Shown here piece by piece: positions 1-8,952 of a DNA stretch of 64,000 bases. Below the pieces are notes generated by a model. It was not told the origin of the DNA. It made no database searches and saw only the letters and a list, made by a program, of their open reading frames with translations. The first letter of the stretch is position 1; each line of letters starts with the position of its first letter. Origin of the DNA: Clostridia bacterium (GTDB lineage: Bacteria; Bacillota; Clostridia; Oscillospirales; Acutalibacteraceae). Both the position numbers and the translations under genes were made by a program. Where the stretch lies: contig JAFVSK010000018.1 of NCBI GenBank assembly GCA_017503785.1, positions 106,079-170,078 on the forward strand, given 5' to 3'.

Positions 1-8
1 ACTCCCAT

Positions 9-238
9 GAGGCACCCTCCGTAAGGAAGGTGCCTCAGTTATATTCGCCTTGCGGCGAGTGATATTGCTTCGCAGTGATATTATGCTACGCATAGTGATA
101 TTGTCCTTCGGACAGTTTATAGGGCGAATATAATATCACTGAAACCGCAAGGTTTCAATATAACTTTGCCGTTAGGCAAAATATAACTGTGAGACCTGCC
201 TCACAATATCACTTAATACATTTATCTTTGAGATAGGT
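9..238 (+). repeat. Multi-hairpin intergenic element, copy A (possible structured RNA or miniature mobile element)
   Basis: Hairpin GAGGCACCCTCC-GTAA-GGAAGGTGCCTC lies at 9-36. AGT[T/G]ATATT occurs at 37-45, 58-66, 74-82 and 94-102, each followed by a short GC-rich hairpin. AATAT[C/A]ACT occurs at 132-140, 157-165, 180-188 and 205-213, each preceded by a hairpin. Nearly identical by eye to 8602-8830. The left edge is close to the window start. Confidence 0.7.
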
Positions 239-249
239 AGTATTTGAAA

Positions 250-322
250 GTAGGGGACGATGCCCACATCGTCCCGCCAAGGCTTGTACCAACGCGGGGG
301 GAACTCCCTCAACGAGGGAGCC
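250..322. repeat. REP-like GTAGGG-hairpin element
   Basis: GTAGGGGACGATG-CCCA-CATCGTCCCGCC hairpin plus a conserved tail (AAGGcTTGTACCAAcGCG..GGAACTCCCTC). The same family recurs at about 10 other sites in the window. Confidence 0.8.
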
Positions 323-349
323 TATGTTTGCCGATATGTGAAAAGGCTC

Positions 350-378
350 TTGAAAAAACGGAGATCATGTCGTATACT
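350..378 (+). promoter_or_regulatory. Putative sigma-A promoter of ychF
   Basis: TTGAAA (350-355), 17-nt spacer, TATACT (373-378), about 40 nt upstream of the ychF ATG. Confidence 0.5.
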
Positions 379-416
379 TATAAGGTATACATTGCACAGC
401 AAGGAGATTCAACGCT

Positions 417-1514
417 ATGAAATTAGGTATCGTTGGTTTGCCCAACGTGGGTAAATCCACCCTGTTTAACGCCATTACCAACGCGGGGGCGCAAAGCGCC
501 AACTATCCGTTTTGCACCATCGACCCCAACGTGGGCGTGGTGGCGGTGCCCGACGAACGGCTCGACCGCTTGACCGAAATGTATTCCTCGGCCAAAACCA
601 CCCCCGCCGTGATCGAATTTGTGGACATTGCCGGTTTGGTAAAGGGTGCCAGCCGCGGCGAAGGCTTGGGCAACAAGTTTTTGGCAAACATCCGCGAGGT
701 GGACGCCATCGTGCACGTGGTTCGCTGCTTTGAGGACGACGATATCATCCACGTGGACGGTTCGGTGGACCCTGCGCGCGATATGGAAACCATCAATCTG
801 GAGCTCATCTTTGCCGACATGGAGGCTGTGGAGCGCCGCTTGCAGCGCACCGTAAAAGCCCTCAAGGGCGATAAATCGCTGCAGGCCGAGGTTGATCTGC
901 TCAACCGCATCTACGCCGCGCTGGAAAGCGGCCTGCCTGCCCGCTCGGTGGAGTGCACGCCCGAAGAGGAGGCCGTGCTGGATGCTTCTCCCCTGCTCAC
1001 GAGAAAACCCGTGATCTACGCCGCCAACCTGAGCGAAAGCGATTTCGCCGACGGCGCGGCCGACAGCAATCCGCACTACCGCACGGTGTGCGCCGCCGCC
1101 GAGGCCGAGCACGCCGAAGTGCTGCCCATCTGCGCGCAGATGGAAGCCGATATTGCCGACATGGACGAGGAGGAAAAGGCGCTGTTCCTTTCGGAGCTGG
1201 GGCTCACCCATTCGGGTCTCGACCGCCTCATTCAAAAAAGCTACAGCCTGTTGGGGCTGATCTCGTATCTCACCGCCGGTCCCACCGAAAGCCGTGCCTG
1301 GACCATCGTGAAGGGCACCAAGGCTCCCGGTGCGGCAGGAAAGATCCACACCGATTTCGAGCGCGGCTTCATTCGCGCCGAGGTGGTGGCCTACACCGAT
1401 CTGATGGCCTGCGGCAGCATGACCGCCGCCAAGGAAAAGGGCTTGGTGCGTTCGGAGGGTAAGGAATACGTGGTGCAGGACGGCGACGTGGTTCTGTTCC
1501 GCTTTAACGTGTAA
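417..1514 (+). CDS. ychF: Ribosome-binding ATPase YchF (Obg-family GTPase)
   Basis: N-terminal MKLGIVGLPNVGKSTLFNAIT P-loop, a 365-aa length typical of YchF, and a C-terminal TGS-like EYVVQDGDVVLFRFNV. AAGGAG RBS at 403-408. Confidence 0.95.
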   Translation: MKLGIVGLPNVGKSTLFNAITNAGAQSANYPFCTIDPNVGVVAVPDERLDRLTEMYSSAKTTPAVIEFVDIAGLVKGASRGEGLGNKFLANIREVDAIVHVVRCFEDDDIIHVDGSVDPARDMETINLELIFADMEAVERRLQRTVKALKGDKSLQAEVDLLNRIYAALESGLPARSVECTPEEEAVLDASPLLTRKPVIYAANLSESDFADGAADSNPHYRTVCAAAEAEHAEVLPICAQMEADIADMDEEEKALFLSELGLTHSGLDRLIQKSYSLLGLISYLTAGPTESRAWTIVKGTKAPGAAGKIHTDFERGFIRAEVVAYTDLMACGSMTAAKEKGLVRSEGKEYVVQDGDVVLFRFNV

Positions 1515-1524
1515 GGAGGATATT

Positions 1525-2205
1525 ATGAAACGTGTAATTGCCATACTGCTGGTGCTGGTGCTGGCACTGGGAATGACCGCCTGCAGCGGCGGCAAAAACA
1601 GCGATAACACCCTAAAGCCCCTGCGCCCCGTGGGTACCTACAAGGCAGGCACCGACGGATTTTATGACATTCAAAACGAGTTTTACGAGTATTTCCTGCA
1701 TCTCATCGGGTTCGGGCACATATCGTTCACCGACGAAAGCGGCGATTTTTCCGATACCGAGCTGATCCAGTTTGCGGTGCTGCAGCTGTCGTACGAGGGC
1801 AAGGATATCGACGCCGGCCTTACCCAGCGCGAGATCGACCGCACCACCAAGCGGCATCTCGGCCAAAAGGCCGCCAAGCTGGATGGCTATTATCTGGAAT
1901 ACGATAAGGACGACGATCTGTACTTCCCGAAAAACGTGAGCTACGAGATCGGACAGCTCATGTCGCTGGAAACGCTTACCGTGCAGGAGGACGGCTTGTG
2001 TGTGGCCGAGTTCCGCCGCTCGAAGTGGCCCAACGGCTACGGCGAGGGCCGCACCGACGAGGAGATCAAGCAGGATTTCCTGAACGGCTGGTACGACGGA
2101 CTGGACGACGTGCAGCGCATTAAAATGACCTTCCGCGAGCGCGACACCGCCGCCTACGGCTATTACGTTGAAATTCTCACCATTGAACAGCTTCCCGTTA
2201 TGTAA
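1525..2205 (+). CDS. Hypothetical lipoprotein
   Basis: Signal peptide with lipobox (LVLALGMTAC). AAGGAGG RBS directly upstream. No family recognised. Confidence 0.6.
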   Translation: MKRVIAILLVLVLALGMTACSGGKNSDNTLKPLRPVGTYKAGTDGFYDIQNEFYEYFLHLIGFGHISFTDESGDFSDTELIQFAVLQLSYEGKDIDAGLTQREIDRTTKRHLGQKAAKLDGYYLEYDKDDDLYFPKNVSYEIGQLMSLETLTVQEDGLCVAEFRRSKWPNGYGEGRTDEEIKQDFLNGWYDGLDDVQRIKMTFRERDTAAYGYYVEILTIEQLPVM

Positions 2206-2208
2206 ACA

Positions 2209-2240
2209 AAAACCACCCGCTCTCGCGGGTGTTTTTTTTG
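2209..2240 (+). terminator. Rho-independent terminator
   Basis: CACCCGC-TCTC-GCGGGTG stem-loop followed by T8. Confidence 0.8.
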
Positions 2241-2280
2241 GTTGTGCGTCCCTTGTCCTCATCCGTCTTTTTGCTTTGCA

Positions 2281-2316
2281 AAAATACTCCCCCCGCATAG
2301 CGGGGGGAGTATTTTT
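2281..2316. terminator. Bidirectional terminator after aspS
   Basis: 11-bp stem ACTCCCCCCGC/GCGGGGGGAGT flanked by an A-run and a T-run. Sits immediately after the aspS stop codon. Confidence 0.75.
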
Positions 2317-4096
2317 ATTCTTCGGTTTTCAGCAGACCGATGCCGAGATCGGTGAGCTGTTCGGCATCCACCGCCGAGGGGCACTGTGTCATGAGCTCGG
2401 TCATGTTTTGCACCTTCGGGTAGGCCACCACGTCGCGCAGGGTGGGCGCGCCCAGCATCTGCATGACCAAGCGGTCGAGCCCCAGCGCCATGCCGCCGTG
2501 CGGCGGTGCGCCGTAGCGGAAGGCATCGGTGAGGTAGCCGAACTTGGCGTGAGATTCCTCATCCGACAAGCCGAGCGCGCGGAACATACGCTGCTGCAGC
2601 TCGGGGTTGGTGATACGAATGGAGCCGCTCGCCAGCTCGATGCCGCCGAGCACCAAGTCGTAGGCCTTGGCGAACACCTTGGACGGATCGTTATCCAGAT
2701 ACGGAATACACTCATCCAGCGGCGAGGTGAAGGGGTGGTGCATGGCCACCCAGGTTTGGCTCTCCTCGTCCCACTCGAAGAACGGGAACTCGGTGATCCA
2801 CAAAAGGCCCAGGCCTTGCTTTTCAATGTTCAGCTTGTCGGCCACCACCAGGCGCAGCGCGCCCAGCACCGACAGCACCAGCGATTTCTTCGCATCGGCT
2901 ACCACCAGCACCACGTCGCCCTGCTCGGCACCCGTGGCGGCAAGAACGGCGGCAAACTCCTCTTCGGTGAGGAACTTGCCAAACGACGAGGTAACGCCGT
3001 CGGGAGTCCAGCGCACCCACGCGAGGCCCTTGGCACCAATGCCGCGAGCGTGCTCGGTGAGCTTGTCGATCTCCTTGCGGGACAGCGTGGCCGCCGCCCC
3101 CTTGGCGGTGATGGCGCGCACCGTGCCGCCCGCCTCCAGCGCACCGGAGAACACGCCGAAGCCACAGCCGCGCACGGCATCGCTGATATCGCACAGCTCC
3201 ATGCCGAAGCGGATGTCGGGCTTATCGGAACCAAAGCGATCCATCGCTTCGGTGTAGGTCAGGCGCGGCAGCGGCGTGGGAACGTCGACATCCAGCACGG
3301 TTTTGAACACGTGCTTCATGAAGCCCTCGCCGATGGCGAGCACGTCCTCCACGTCGACAAACGACATTTCGAGGTCGATCTGCGTGAATTCGGGCTGACG
3401 GTCGGCGCGCAGGTCTTCGTCGCGGAAGCAGCGAGCCAGCTGGAAGTAGCGGTCGAATCCGGCCACCATGGACAGCTGCTTATACAGCTGCGGCGATTGC
3501 GGCAGCGCATAGAACTCGCCCTTGTGCACGCGGGACGGCACCAAGAAATCGCGGGCACCCTCGGGCGTGGAACGAATGAGCATGGGGGTTTCGATCTCAA
3601 TGAAGCCCTGCGAGTCAAAATAATCACGCGTGGCCTTCGCAATGCGATGGCGCAGCAGAATGTTCTTTTGCAGATCGGGGCGGCGCAGGTCTAAATAGCG
3701 GTACTTCAGACGCGTAGCCTCGGCGGTGGTGCTGTTTTCCGTGATCTCAAACGGGGGCGTTTCCGCCTTGTTGAGAATACGCAGCTCGGTAACGGCGATC
3801 TCCACCTCGCCGGTGGGGATCTCGGTGTTCACGGCGGAACGCACGCGCACCTCACCCGTGACGGCCAGCACGTATTCACTGCGCACGGTGCTCGCTTTTT
3901 CGAACACGTCGCGGGCGGTGGCATCGTCGAACGCGAGCTGCACGATGCCCGTGCGGTCGCGCAGGTCGATGAAAATGAGCTGACCCAGGTCGCGCTGACG
4001 CTGTGCCCAGCCGAACACCGTTACGGTATCGCCCGCGTGCTCACGGCGAAATTCGCCGCAGTAGCGCGTGCGCTTCATTCCTTGAATGGTTTCCAT
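2315..4096 (-). CDS. aspS: Aspartate--tRNA ligase
   Basis: 593 aa. The N-terminal OB-fold region (RYCGEFR..VTVFGWAQRQRDLGQLIFIDLRDRTG), class II motifs (FRDEDLRADRQPEFTQID, GGIELASGSIRI) and the C-terminal GMALGLDRLVM are recognisable. Confidence 0.95.
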   Translation of the reverse strand: METIQGMKRTRYCGEFRREHAGDTVTVFGWAQRQRDLGQLIFIDLRDRTGIVQLAFDDATARDVFEKASTVRSEYVLAVTGEVRVRSAVNTEIPTGEVEIAVTELRILNKAETPPFEITENSTTAEATRLKYRYLDLRRPDLQKNILLRHRIAKATRDYFDSQGFIEIETPMLIRSTPEGARDFLVPSRVHKGEFYALPQSPQLYKQLSMVAGFDRYFQLARCFRDEDLRADRQPEFTQIDLEMSFVDVEDVLAIGEGFMKHVFKTVLDVDVPTPLPRLTYTEAMDRFGSDKPDIRFGMELCDISDAVRGCGFGVFSGALEAGGTVRAITAKGAAATLSRKEIDKLTEHARGIGAKGLAWVRWTPDGVTSSFGKFLTEEEFAAVLAATGAEQGDVVLVVADAKKSLVLSVLGALRLVVADKLNIEKQGLGLLWITEFPFFEWDEESQTWVAMHHPFTSPLDECIPYLDNDPSKVFAKAYDLVLGGIELASGSIRITNPELQQRMFRALGLSDEESHAKFGYLTDAFRYGAPPHGGMALGLDRLVMQMLGAPTLRDVVAYPKVQNMTELMTQCPSAVDAEQLTDLGIGLLKTEE

Positions 4097-4098
4097 AC

Positions 4099-5412
4099 TT
4101 ACCCCTCCAGCAGGTTGGCGACCGCGGCAAAATGGCGGTCGAGCTCTTTGTTGTACAAATCGTTATACAGGGCGCCCTCATCCAGCACCACAGGCGTGGC
4201 TTCGCCCGTTTTCATATCCTTCAGCGTGGCTTCGCCGCTCTCAATTTCGGAGTCGCCCACCACCACGGTGTACAGAGCACCCAGCTTATCGGCATATTTC
4301 ATTTGCGCCTTTAAGCCGCGACCCACGGTGTCGCACTCGGCGGCGATGCCGCCGGCGCGCAGCGCGTTGGCCAGCTTGAAGCAATGCGTGGCTGCCGCCT
4401 CACCCAGCGAAGCAAAATACACGGTGCAGCGGGTGGGCTCGGGCAGCGCCGCCTCTTGTGCCTTGAGCACCATCAGCAGGCGTTCAAGACCCATGGCAAA
4501 GCCCAACGCAGGCAGCTTGGGACCGCCCATTTCCTCGCACAAGCCGTCGTAACGGCCGCCGCCGCACAGCACGGCCTGCGCACCCAGCGCATCCGACACA
4601 AATTCAAATACGGTGCGGGTGTAATAATCCAATCCGCGCACAATGTGCGGGTCGAGCTCGAACGCAATGTCGGCCGCGGTGAGGTATTCCTGCACCTTGG
4701 CAAAGTGCGCGGCGCAATCGTCGCACAAATAGTCGGTGATCACCGGTGCTTCGGCCGCAATGGCGCTGCACACGGGGGATTTACAGTCTAAAATGCGCAT
4801 GGGGTTACGGTCGAGTCGGTCGAGGCAGGTGCCGCACAGCTCGTCCTTCTTCCCCTCAAAGTATGCCTTGAGCGCTTTGTGATATTCGGCGCGGCAGGTG
4901 GGGCAGCCAATGGAATTCAGCCGCAACGTGACCCCCGTGACCGACAGCGCCTTCAGCACGGCATCGGCCAGTGCGATGGTTTCGGCATCGGCCAAGGGCG
5001 AAGCGGCGCCGTAGCTTTCCACGCCGAACTGATGAAACTCACGCAGGCGGCCTGCCTGCGGCTTTTCGTAGCGGTAGCAGGAGGTGACGTAGGCCACCTT
5101 TACCGGCAGAGCCTCGTTGTGCAGGCCGTGCTCGAGCAGCATACGCATGGCACCTGCGGTGCCCTCGGGGCGCAGGGTGATGGAACGCCCGCCCTTATCG
5201 TCGAACGTGTACATTTCTTTTTGCACCACGTCGGTGGTTTCGCCCACCGAGCGGGTGAACAGCTCCGTGTGCTCAAACACGGGGGTGCGCACCTCGCGGA
5301 AGCCGTAGTCGTGGGCTACCTGCAGGGCGGTGCGCTCCATGTGCTGCCAGGCAGCGCTGTCCGACGGCAGTACGTCTTGCGTGCCGCGGATCGCTTTGGT
5401 AATGAGTGCCAT
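4099..5412 (-). CDS. hisS: Histidine--tRNA ligase
   Basis: 437 aa. Recognisable RGTQDVLP, MYTFDDKGGRSITLRPEGTA, YRYEKPQAGRLREFHQFG and GGGRYDGL motifs. The stop lies 2 nt before the aspS start. Confidence 0.95.
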   Translation of the reverse strand: MALITKAIRGTQDVLPSDSAAWQHMERTALQVAHDYGFREVRTPVFEHTELFTRSVGETTDVVQKEMYTFDDKGGRSITLRPEGTAGAMRMLLEHGLHNEALPVKVAYVTSCYRYEKPQAGRLREFHQFGVESYGAASPLADAETIALADAVLKALSVTGVTLRLNSIGCPTCRAEYHKALKAYFEGKKDELCGTCLDRLDRNPMRILDCKSPVCSAIAAEAPVITDYLCDDCAAHFAKVQEYLTAADIAFELDPHIVRGLDYYTRTVFEFVSDALGAQAVLCGGGRYDGLCEEMGGPKLPALGFAMGLERLLMVLKAQEAALPEPTRCTVYFASLGEAAATHCFKLANALRAGGIAAECDTVGRGLKAQMKYADKLGALYTVVVGDSEIESGEATLKDMKTGEATPVVLDEGALYNDLYNKELDRHFAAVANLLEG

Positions 5413-5435
5413 AGTTGTTAAACTTCTTTCTGTAA

Positions 5436-5846
5436 TTAATATGCCAACGTGGGATTAACGATGGTGCGCCAGTCGAGGTCGCCGCGCTCGAGGCCGTGAA
5501 TGAGCACCTCGGCGGTGGCGATGTTGGTGGCGATGGGAATGTTGCGAATGTCGCACATACGGAGCATTTCCAGCTCGTTGGGCTCGTTTTCCTTAGCGCC
5601 TTGCGGATCGCGGAACAACAGCACCAAGTCGATCTCGTCGCAGGCGATGCGCGCCGAGATCTGCTGAGCACCGCCCTGCAAGCCGCTCATATAGCGGGTG
5701 ATCTGCAAGCCGGTGGCTTCGGACACCAAACGCCCCGTGGTGCCGGTGGCGCACAGGTTGTGACGGCTTAAAATGCCGCAATAGGCAATGCAAAACTGGA
5801 CCATCAATTCTTTTTTTGCATCGTGAGCGATCAAGGCAATGTTCAT
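5436..5846 (-). CDS. mgsA: Methylglyoxal synthase
   Basis: 136 aa. IALIAHDAKK...ATGTTG...GGAQQI...DLVLLFRDP...NIPIATN matches the MgsA family pattern. Confidence 0.9.
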   Translation of the reverse strand: MNIALIAHDAKKELMVQFCIAYCGILSRHNLCATGTTGRLVSEATGLQITRYMSGLQGGAQQISARIACDEIDLVLLFRDPQGAKENEPNELEMLRMCDIRNIPIATNIATAEVLIHGLERGDLDWRTIVNPTLAY

Positions 5847-5867
5847 GTGTTGTTCAGTCCTTTCTGT

Positions 5868-6596
5868 TTAATACAAGTCGGCCAGGGGGACGGTTTTCCC
5901 CAGATACCGCGCAGCCAAATTGGCAAAGCATTGCGCGGCCGCCGAGTCCATGGGCAGCGGCTTGCCGTAGGCATTGGCCACGGCCACCGCTTCGTCTTCG
6001 GGAATCACGCCGATAAGCTGCAGGCTGGCGGTGTCGATCAGTTCGTCGATATCCGGCATTTTACCGCGCAAAATGGGCTTTACACGCAGCCGATTGATGA
6101 CGAGCCGCGCCGGCACGTTCCGCTCGCGCAGCAGGCGCGCCATGATTTGTGCATCGCGGGCACACACCATGTCGGGTGTGGACACCACGAACGCACGCTC
6201 CGCGCCTGCCACCGCCGTTTCGAAGCCGCCGCCGATGCCTGCCGGGCAGTCGATGATGACTTCGTCGTAATACTTGGTGAGGCCGCGGCACAAGCGCGCC
6301 ATATCCTCGGGCTTGGCCAGCCGTTCGAGGCTGACGGGTGCGGGCATGACGTACACGCCCGGGCAAATGGGCGACGGATATACCGCTTCGGCGGGGGCAC
6401 AGTCGCCGGCGATAACGTCGGCCAAGTCGTACACCGCCGTGCCGGCAATGCCGAGCATGACGTCGAGGCTGCGCAGACCGGCATCGCCATCGACCAGCAG
6501 AACGCGACGGTCGCGCCGTGCCAAGGCACACGCAAGCCCACCCGACACGGTGGATTTTCCTGCTCCGCCCTTGCCGGAGGTGATTACGGTGATCAT
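5868..6596 (-). CDS. MinD/ParA-family P-loop ATPase
   Basis: Deviant Walker A ITVITSGKGGAGKST and LLVDGDAGLRSLDV. The ATG at 6596 is preferred over the TTG at 6602 because GAAGGGGG lies 8-9 nt upstream. Confidence 0.8.
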   Translation of the reverse strand: MITVITSGKGGAGKSTVSGGLACALARRDRRVLLVDGDAGLRSLDVMLGIAGTAVYDLADVIAGDCAPAEAVYPSPICPGVYVMPAPVSLERLAKPEDMARLCRGLTKYYDEVIIDCPAGIGGGFETAVAGAERAFVVSTPDMVCARDAQIMARLLRERNVPARLVINRLRVKPILRGKMPDIDELIDTASLQLIGVIPEDEAVAVANAYGKPLPMDSAAAQCFANLAARYLGKTVPLADLY

Positions 6597-6637
6597 GCGC
6601 AAGCCCCCTTCCCTTTTACAAACCTATAGATAACGAA

Positions 6638-6666
6638 AGTATATCATAATTTTGCACCGTTGTAAA
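6638..6666 (-). promoter_or_regulatory. Putative promoter of the minD-like/mgsA/hisS/aspS operon
   Basis: On the minus strand: TTTACA, 17 nt, then TGaTATACT (extended -10). Confidence 0.5.
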
Positions 6667-6708
6667 TGATTTTATCGAATTTTCGCGGCGCTTTTTTCAC
6701 GCTTGCGC

Positions 6709-6736
6709 TTGCTTTTTCGGGGAAGTATGCTATACT
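6709..6736 (+). promoter_or_regulatory. Putative promoter of ireB
   Basis: TTGCTT, 16 nt, then TATACT preceded by TGc. Confidence 0.4.
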
Positions 6737-6834
6737 GATAACCGTATACATTGGCACTTCGCACAAACTACTTGCATTTTGCGCGAAAATCACTTATACT
6801 ATATAGTGAACCCAGTGATAGGAGGTATCCGCTT

Positions 6835-7080
6835 ATGTTGGATAAAACAATGACGTTTTCCCTCGGCAACGATAAGGATCAGGAGATGAAGAAGATCCTC
6901 ACCACCGTGTACGATGCGTTAAAGGAAAAGGGCTATAATCCCATCAACCAAATTGTGGGCTATATCCTGTCGGAGGATCCCACCTATATCACCACTCACA
7001 ACAACGCCCGCAGTCTGGTCCGCAAGGTCGACCGCGACGAACTGCTGCGCGCTATGGTGAGAACCTATTTGAACGATTAA
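6835..7080 (+). CDS. ireB: IreB-family regulatory phosphoprotein (UPF0297)
   Basis: The ~80-aa product has VYDALKEKGYNPINQIVGYILSEDPTYITTHNNARSLVRKVDRDELL, typical of UPF0297/IreB. The start at 6835 follows GGAGG at 6821-6825; the track ORF from 6751 is an upstream extension. Confidence 0.85.
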   Translation: MLDKTMTFSLGNDKDQEMKKILTTVYDALKEKGYNPINQIVGYILSEDPTYITTHNNARSLVRKVDRDELLRAMVRTYLND

Positions 7081-7093
7081 GGGGAGTAACACG

Positions 7094-7387
7094 ATGGCAG
7101 AAAAAAAGGAGACGCTGCTCGTTTACAAGGAGCGTCCGTTGGTTCGCTGCGGCAACACGCTGTATTACGGCGATCCCGCCGAAAAGTGCGTGATCGTGCT
7201 GCAGGTGCTCACCACCAAAACCGTGGGCGACTTAACCGTGGCCGATAAGGTGCAGGTGCAGCTGCTGCTCACCGACCCCGAGGTGCGCATGAAGGATCGC
7301 CTGCTCAAAAAGAGCGAAAAGGTGGGCCTGTACAACGCCATGGACATTGGCCGCATTTGGTTGGAGCGCGAATTGAAGGAAGCGTAA
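7094..7387 (+). CDS. Hypothetical protein (co-transcribed with ireB)
   Basis: 97-aa ORF with an AAGGGGAG RBS and a terminator directly after it. No family recognised. Confidence 0.55.
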   Translation: MAEKKETLLVYKERPLVRCGNTLYYGDPAEKCVIVLQVLTTKTVGDLTVADKVQVQLLLTDPEVRMKDRLLKKSEKVGLYNAMDIGRIWLERELKEA

Positions 7388-7395
7388 GCACAACG

Positions 7396-7421
7396 AAAAC
7401 CGCCGTAAGGCGGTTTTTTTG
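7396..7421 (+). terminator. Rho-independent terminator
   Basis: AAAACCGCC-GTAA-GGCGGTTTTTTT. Confidence 0.85.
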
Positions 7422-7542
7422 TTGTGTTTGTACTCATGCGTGACAGCCCCCCTACCCAATTGTACAAAAAACGGCAGGTTTTGTCGGGGTTGCATCGCAG
7501 GTGATCTTTATGGTATAGTATCGTGGTAAAGGAGGCGTTACC

Positions 7543-8586
7543 ATGACTTGTAAACGCTGGTTAGCGGCGGCTCTGTGCTTTTGCCTGCTGCTGACGTTAG
7601 GCGCCTGCGGCAGCGAGCCCGCAAGCAGCACGACCACCACGGTGGCTACCACTACCACCACGGCCGCCACGGCCGAAAACACCACCACCACGGCGACGGA
7701 AGCCACGGTCACCACCACAACCACCACAACCACCACCGCTGCGGTCACCACCACGGTGACTACGGTGAAAAAGCCCGGTATCTCCACCGGCAGGGTCACC
7801 ACCACCACGGTGACCACCACCACAACCACCACCGTGCCCGCCGGACCCTACGAGGGGCCGCTCAAATATCGGCACAACGCGGGCAAGGCCGTCATCATCG
7901 GCTGCGATGAAACGAGCGAGCCCGTGGTGATCCCGAGCAGCATCGACGGAAATCCCGTTACCAACATTGAAAACGGCGCGTTTGAGGGGTGCACGTGGCT
8001 TGTCGGCATCACCCTTCCCGATACGGTGAAGCGCCTTGGCGGTTTTGCTTTTAAGGGCTGTACCGCGCTCACCGCGGTGGATATCCCGAACAGTGTTACC
8101 GAAATCGGCGACGAAGCGTTCCGCGGCTGCACCGAGCTGGCAACCGTGACCTTTCCGCGCAGCTTAAAAGAACTGGGCGAATATGCGTTTTACGGTTGCG
8201 CCAAGCTGACGGCCGCCAACCTACCGAACGGCATCACGAGCATTGGCCGTGCCGCATTTTGCGATTGCAAGGCGCTTGCCGAGCTTACGCTGCCGAGCAG
8301 CCTCACCCACTTCGGCAATTCGGTGTTTTACGGCTGCAAGAGCCTCACCGTGGTGATCTTCCCGAGCAAGGCCACCACCATCAGCGGCGAAATGTTCCGC
8401 GGCTGCTCGGGGCTGACCACCGTGACCATTCCGGCGGGAATTACCAGCATTGGTAAAAACGCATTTTTCAATTGCAAGGCCCTCACCACCGTGCATTACG
8501 GCGGCAGCGAGGCCGACCGCAACAGCATCACGGTGTACGACGGCAATGATGCGCTGTCCTCCGCCGCGTGGAATTACGCGAAATAA
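7543..8586 (+). CDS. Lipoprotein with Thr-rich linker and BspA-type leucine-rich repeats
   Basis: Lipobox LLLTLGAC. About 70 aa of poly-Thr/Ala/Val linker. About 9 repeats of the pattern L..v.iP.sVt.IG..AF..C..L (about 23 aa each). Confidence 0.8.
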   Translation: MTCKRWLAAALCFCLLLTLGACGSEPASSTTTTVATTTTTAATAENTTTTATEATVTTTTTTTTTAAVTTTVTTVKKPGISTGRVTTTTVTTTTTTTVPAGPYEGPLKYRHNAGKAVIIGCDETSEPVVIPSSIDGNPVTNIENGAFEGCTWLVGITLPDTVKRLGGFAFKGCTALTAVDIPNSVTEIGDEAFRGCTELATVTFPRSLKELGEYAFYGCAKLTAANLPNGITSIGRAAFCDCKALAELTLPSSLTHFGNSVFYGCKSLTVVIFPSKATTISGEMFRGCSGLTTVTIPAGITSIGKNAFFNCKALTTVHYGGSEADRNSITVYDGNDALSSAAWNYAK

Positions 8587-8601
8587 CGAAAAACCGCCGT
8601 A

Positions 8602-8830
8602 GAGGCACCCTCCGTAAGGAAGGTGCCTCAGTTATATTCGCCAAAGGCGAGTTATATTGCTTCGCAGTTATATTATGCTACGCATAGTTATATTGCCCTT
8701 CGGGCAGTTTTAAGGGCGGATATAATATCACGAAAACCGATAGGTTTTCATATCACTTTGCCGAAAGGCAAAATATCACTGTGAGACCTGTCTCACAATA
8801 TCACTTATTATTCTTATCTTTGAGATAGGT
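8602..8830 (+). repeat. Multi-hairpin intergenic element, copy B
   Basis: Collinear with 9-238: same first hairpin, AGTTATATT x4, then AATATCAC[T/G]-type 9-mers x4, and the same terminal TTATCTTTGAGATAGGT. Hairpin loops differ from copy A (TTGC to AAA, GCAA to GATA, GTTA to GAAA) while stems are kept. Confidence 0.75.
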
Positions 8831-8952
8831 TAATTTTAAAGTATGTAACCCACTATGACACTTTCAAACCGAAAGTGTCAATTTTTATATAAAAAGAAAG
8901 TAGGGAGAACACTTCTTTACGAAGTGTCTCCCTAAGGCGGTTTTTTTGTTGT

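Noticed and set aside
9-238. CRISPR array as an explanation for the repeat/hairpin pattern of the multi-hairpin elements.
   Set aside because: The repeats are only 9 nt and switch orientation mid-element. The 'spacers' are 7-17-nt palindromes conserved between copies. No cas genes are present in the window.
260-454. Short ORFs beginning MPTSSRQGL.. or MWASSPT.. (also 21200-21499, 21290-21523, 21490-21672, and the N-terminal extensions of 13152-13466 and 26600-27517).
   Set aside because: They are made almost entirely of the REP-like GTAGGG-hairpin repeats and recur wherever the repeat occurs. They are not genes.
423-1610. 395-aa ORF antisense to ychF. Similar long antisense ORFs occur at 2168-3694, 8853-9938, 9775-11409, 17041-18171, 19871-21112, 21653-22774, 23158-24087, 26456-27541, 47141-48361, 49487-50467, 53270-54544, 60117-62189 and 62550-63734.
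   Set aside because: These are shadow ORFs typical of GC-rich DNA. They are Arg/Gly/His/Ala-rich and low in complexity, lack an RBS, and each overlaps a confidently recognised gene on the other strand.
5413-5435. A T-box leader upstream of hisS-aspS.
   Set aside because: Only 23 nt separate hisS from the mgsA stop codon. The synthetase genes are internal members of a longer operon, with no room for a leader.
7452-7832. Val-rich 126-aa ORF, plus His/Gly-rich ORFs (7575-7910, 7597-7875).
   Set aside because: They are alternative-frame or antisense readings of the (ACC)n-type Thr-rich linker of the LRR lipoprotein gene.
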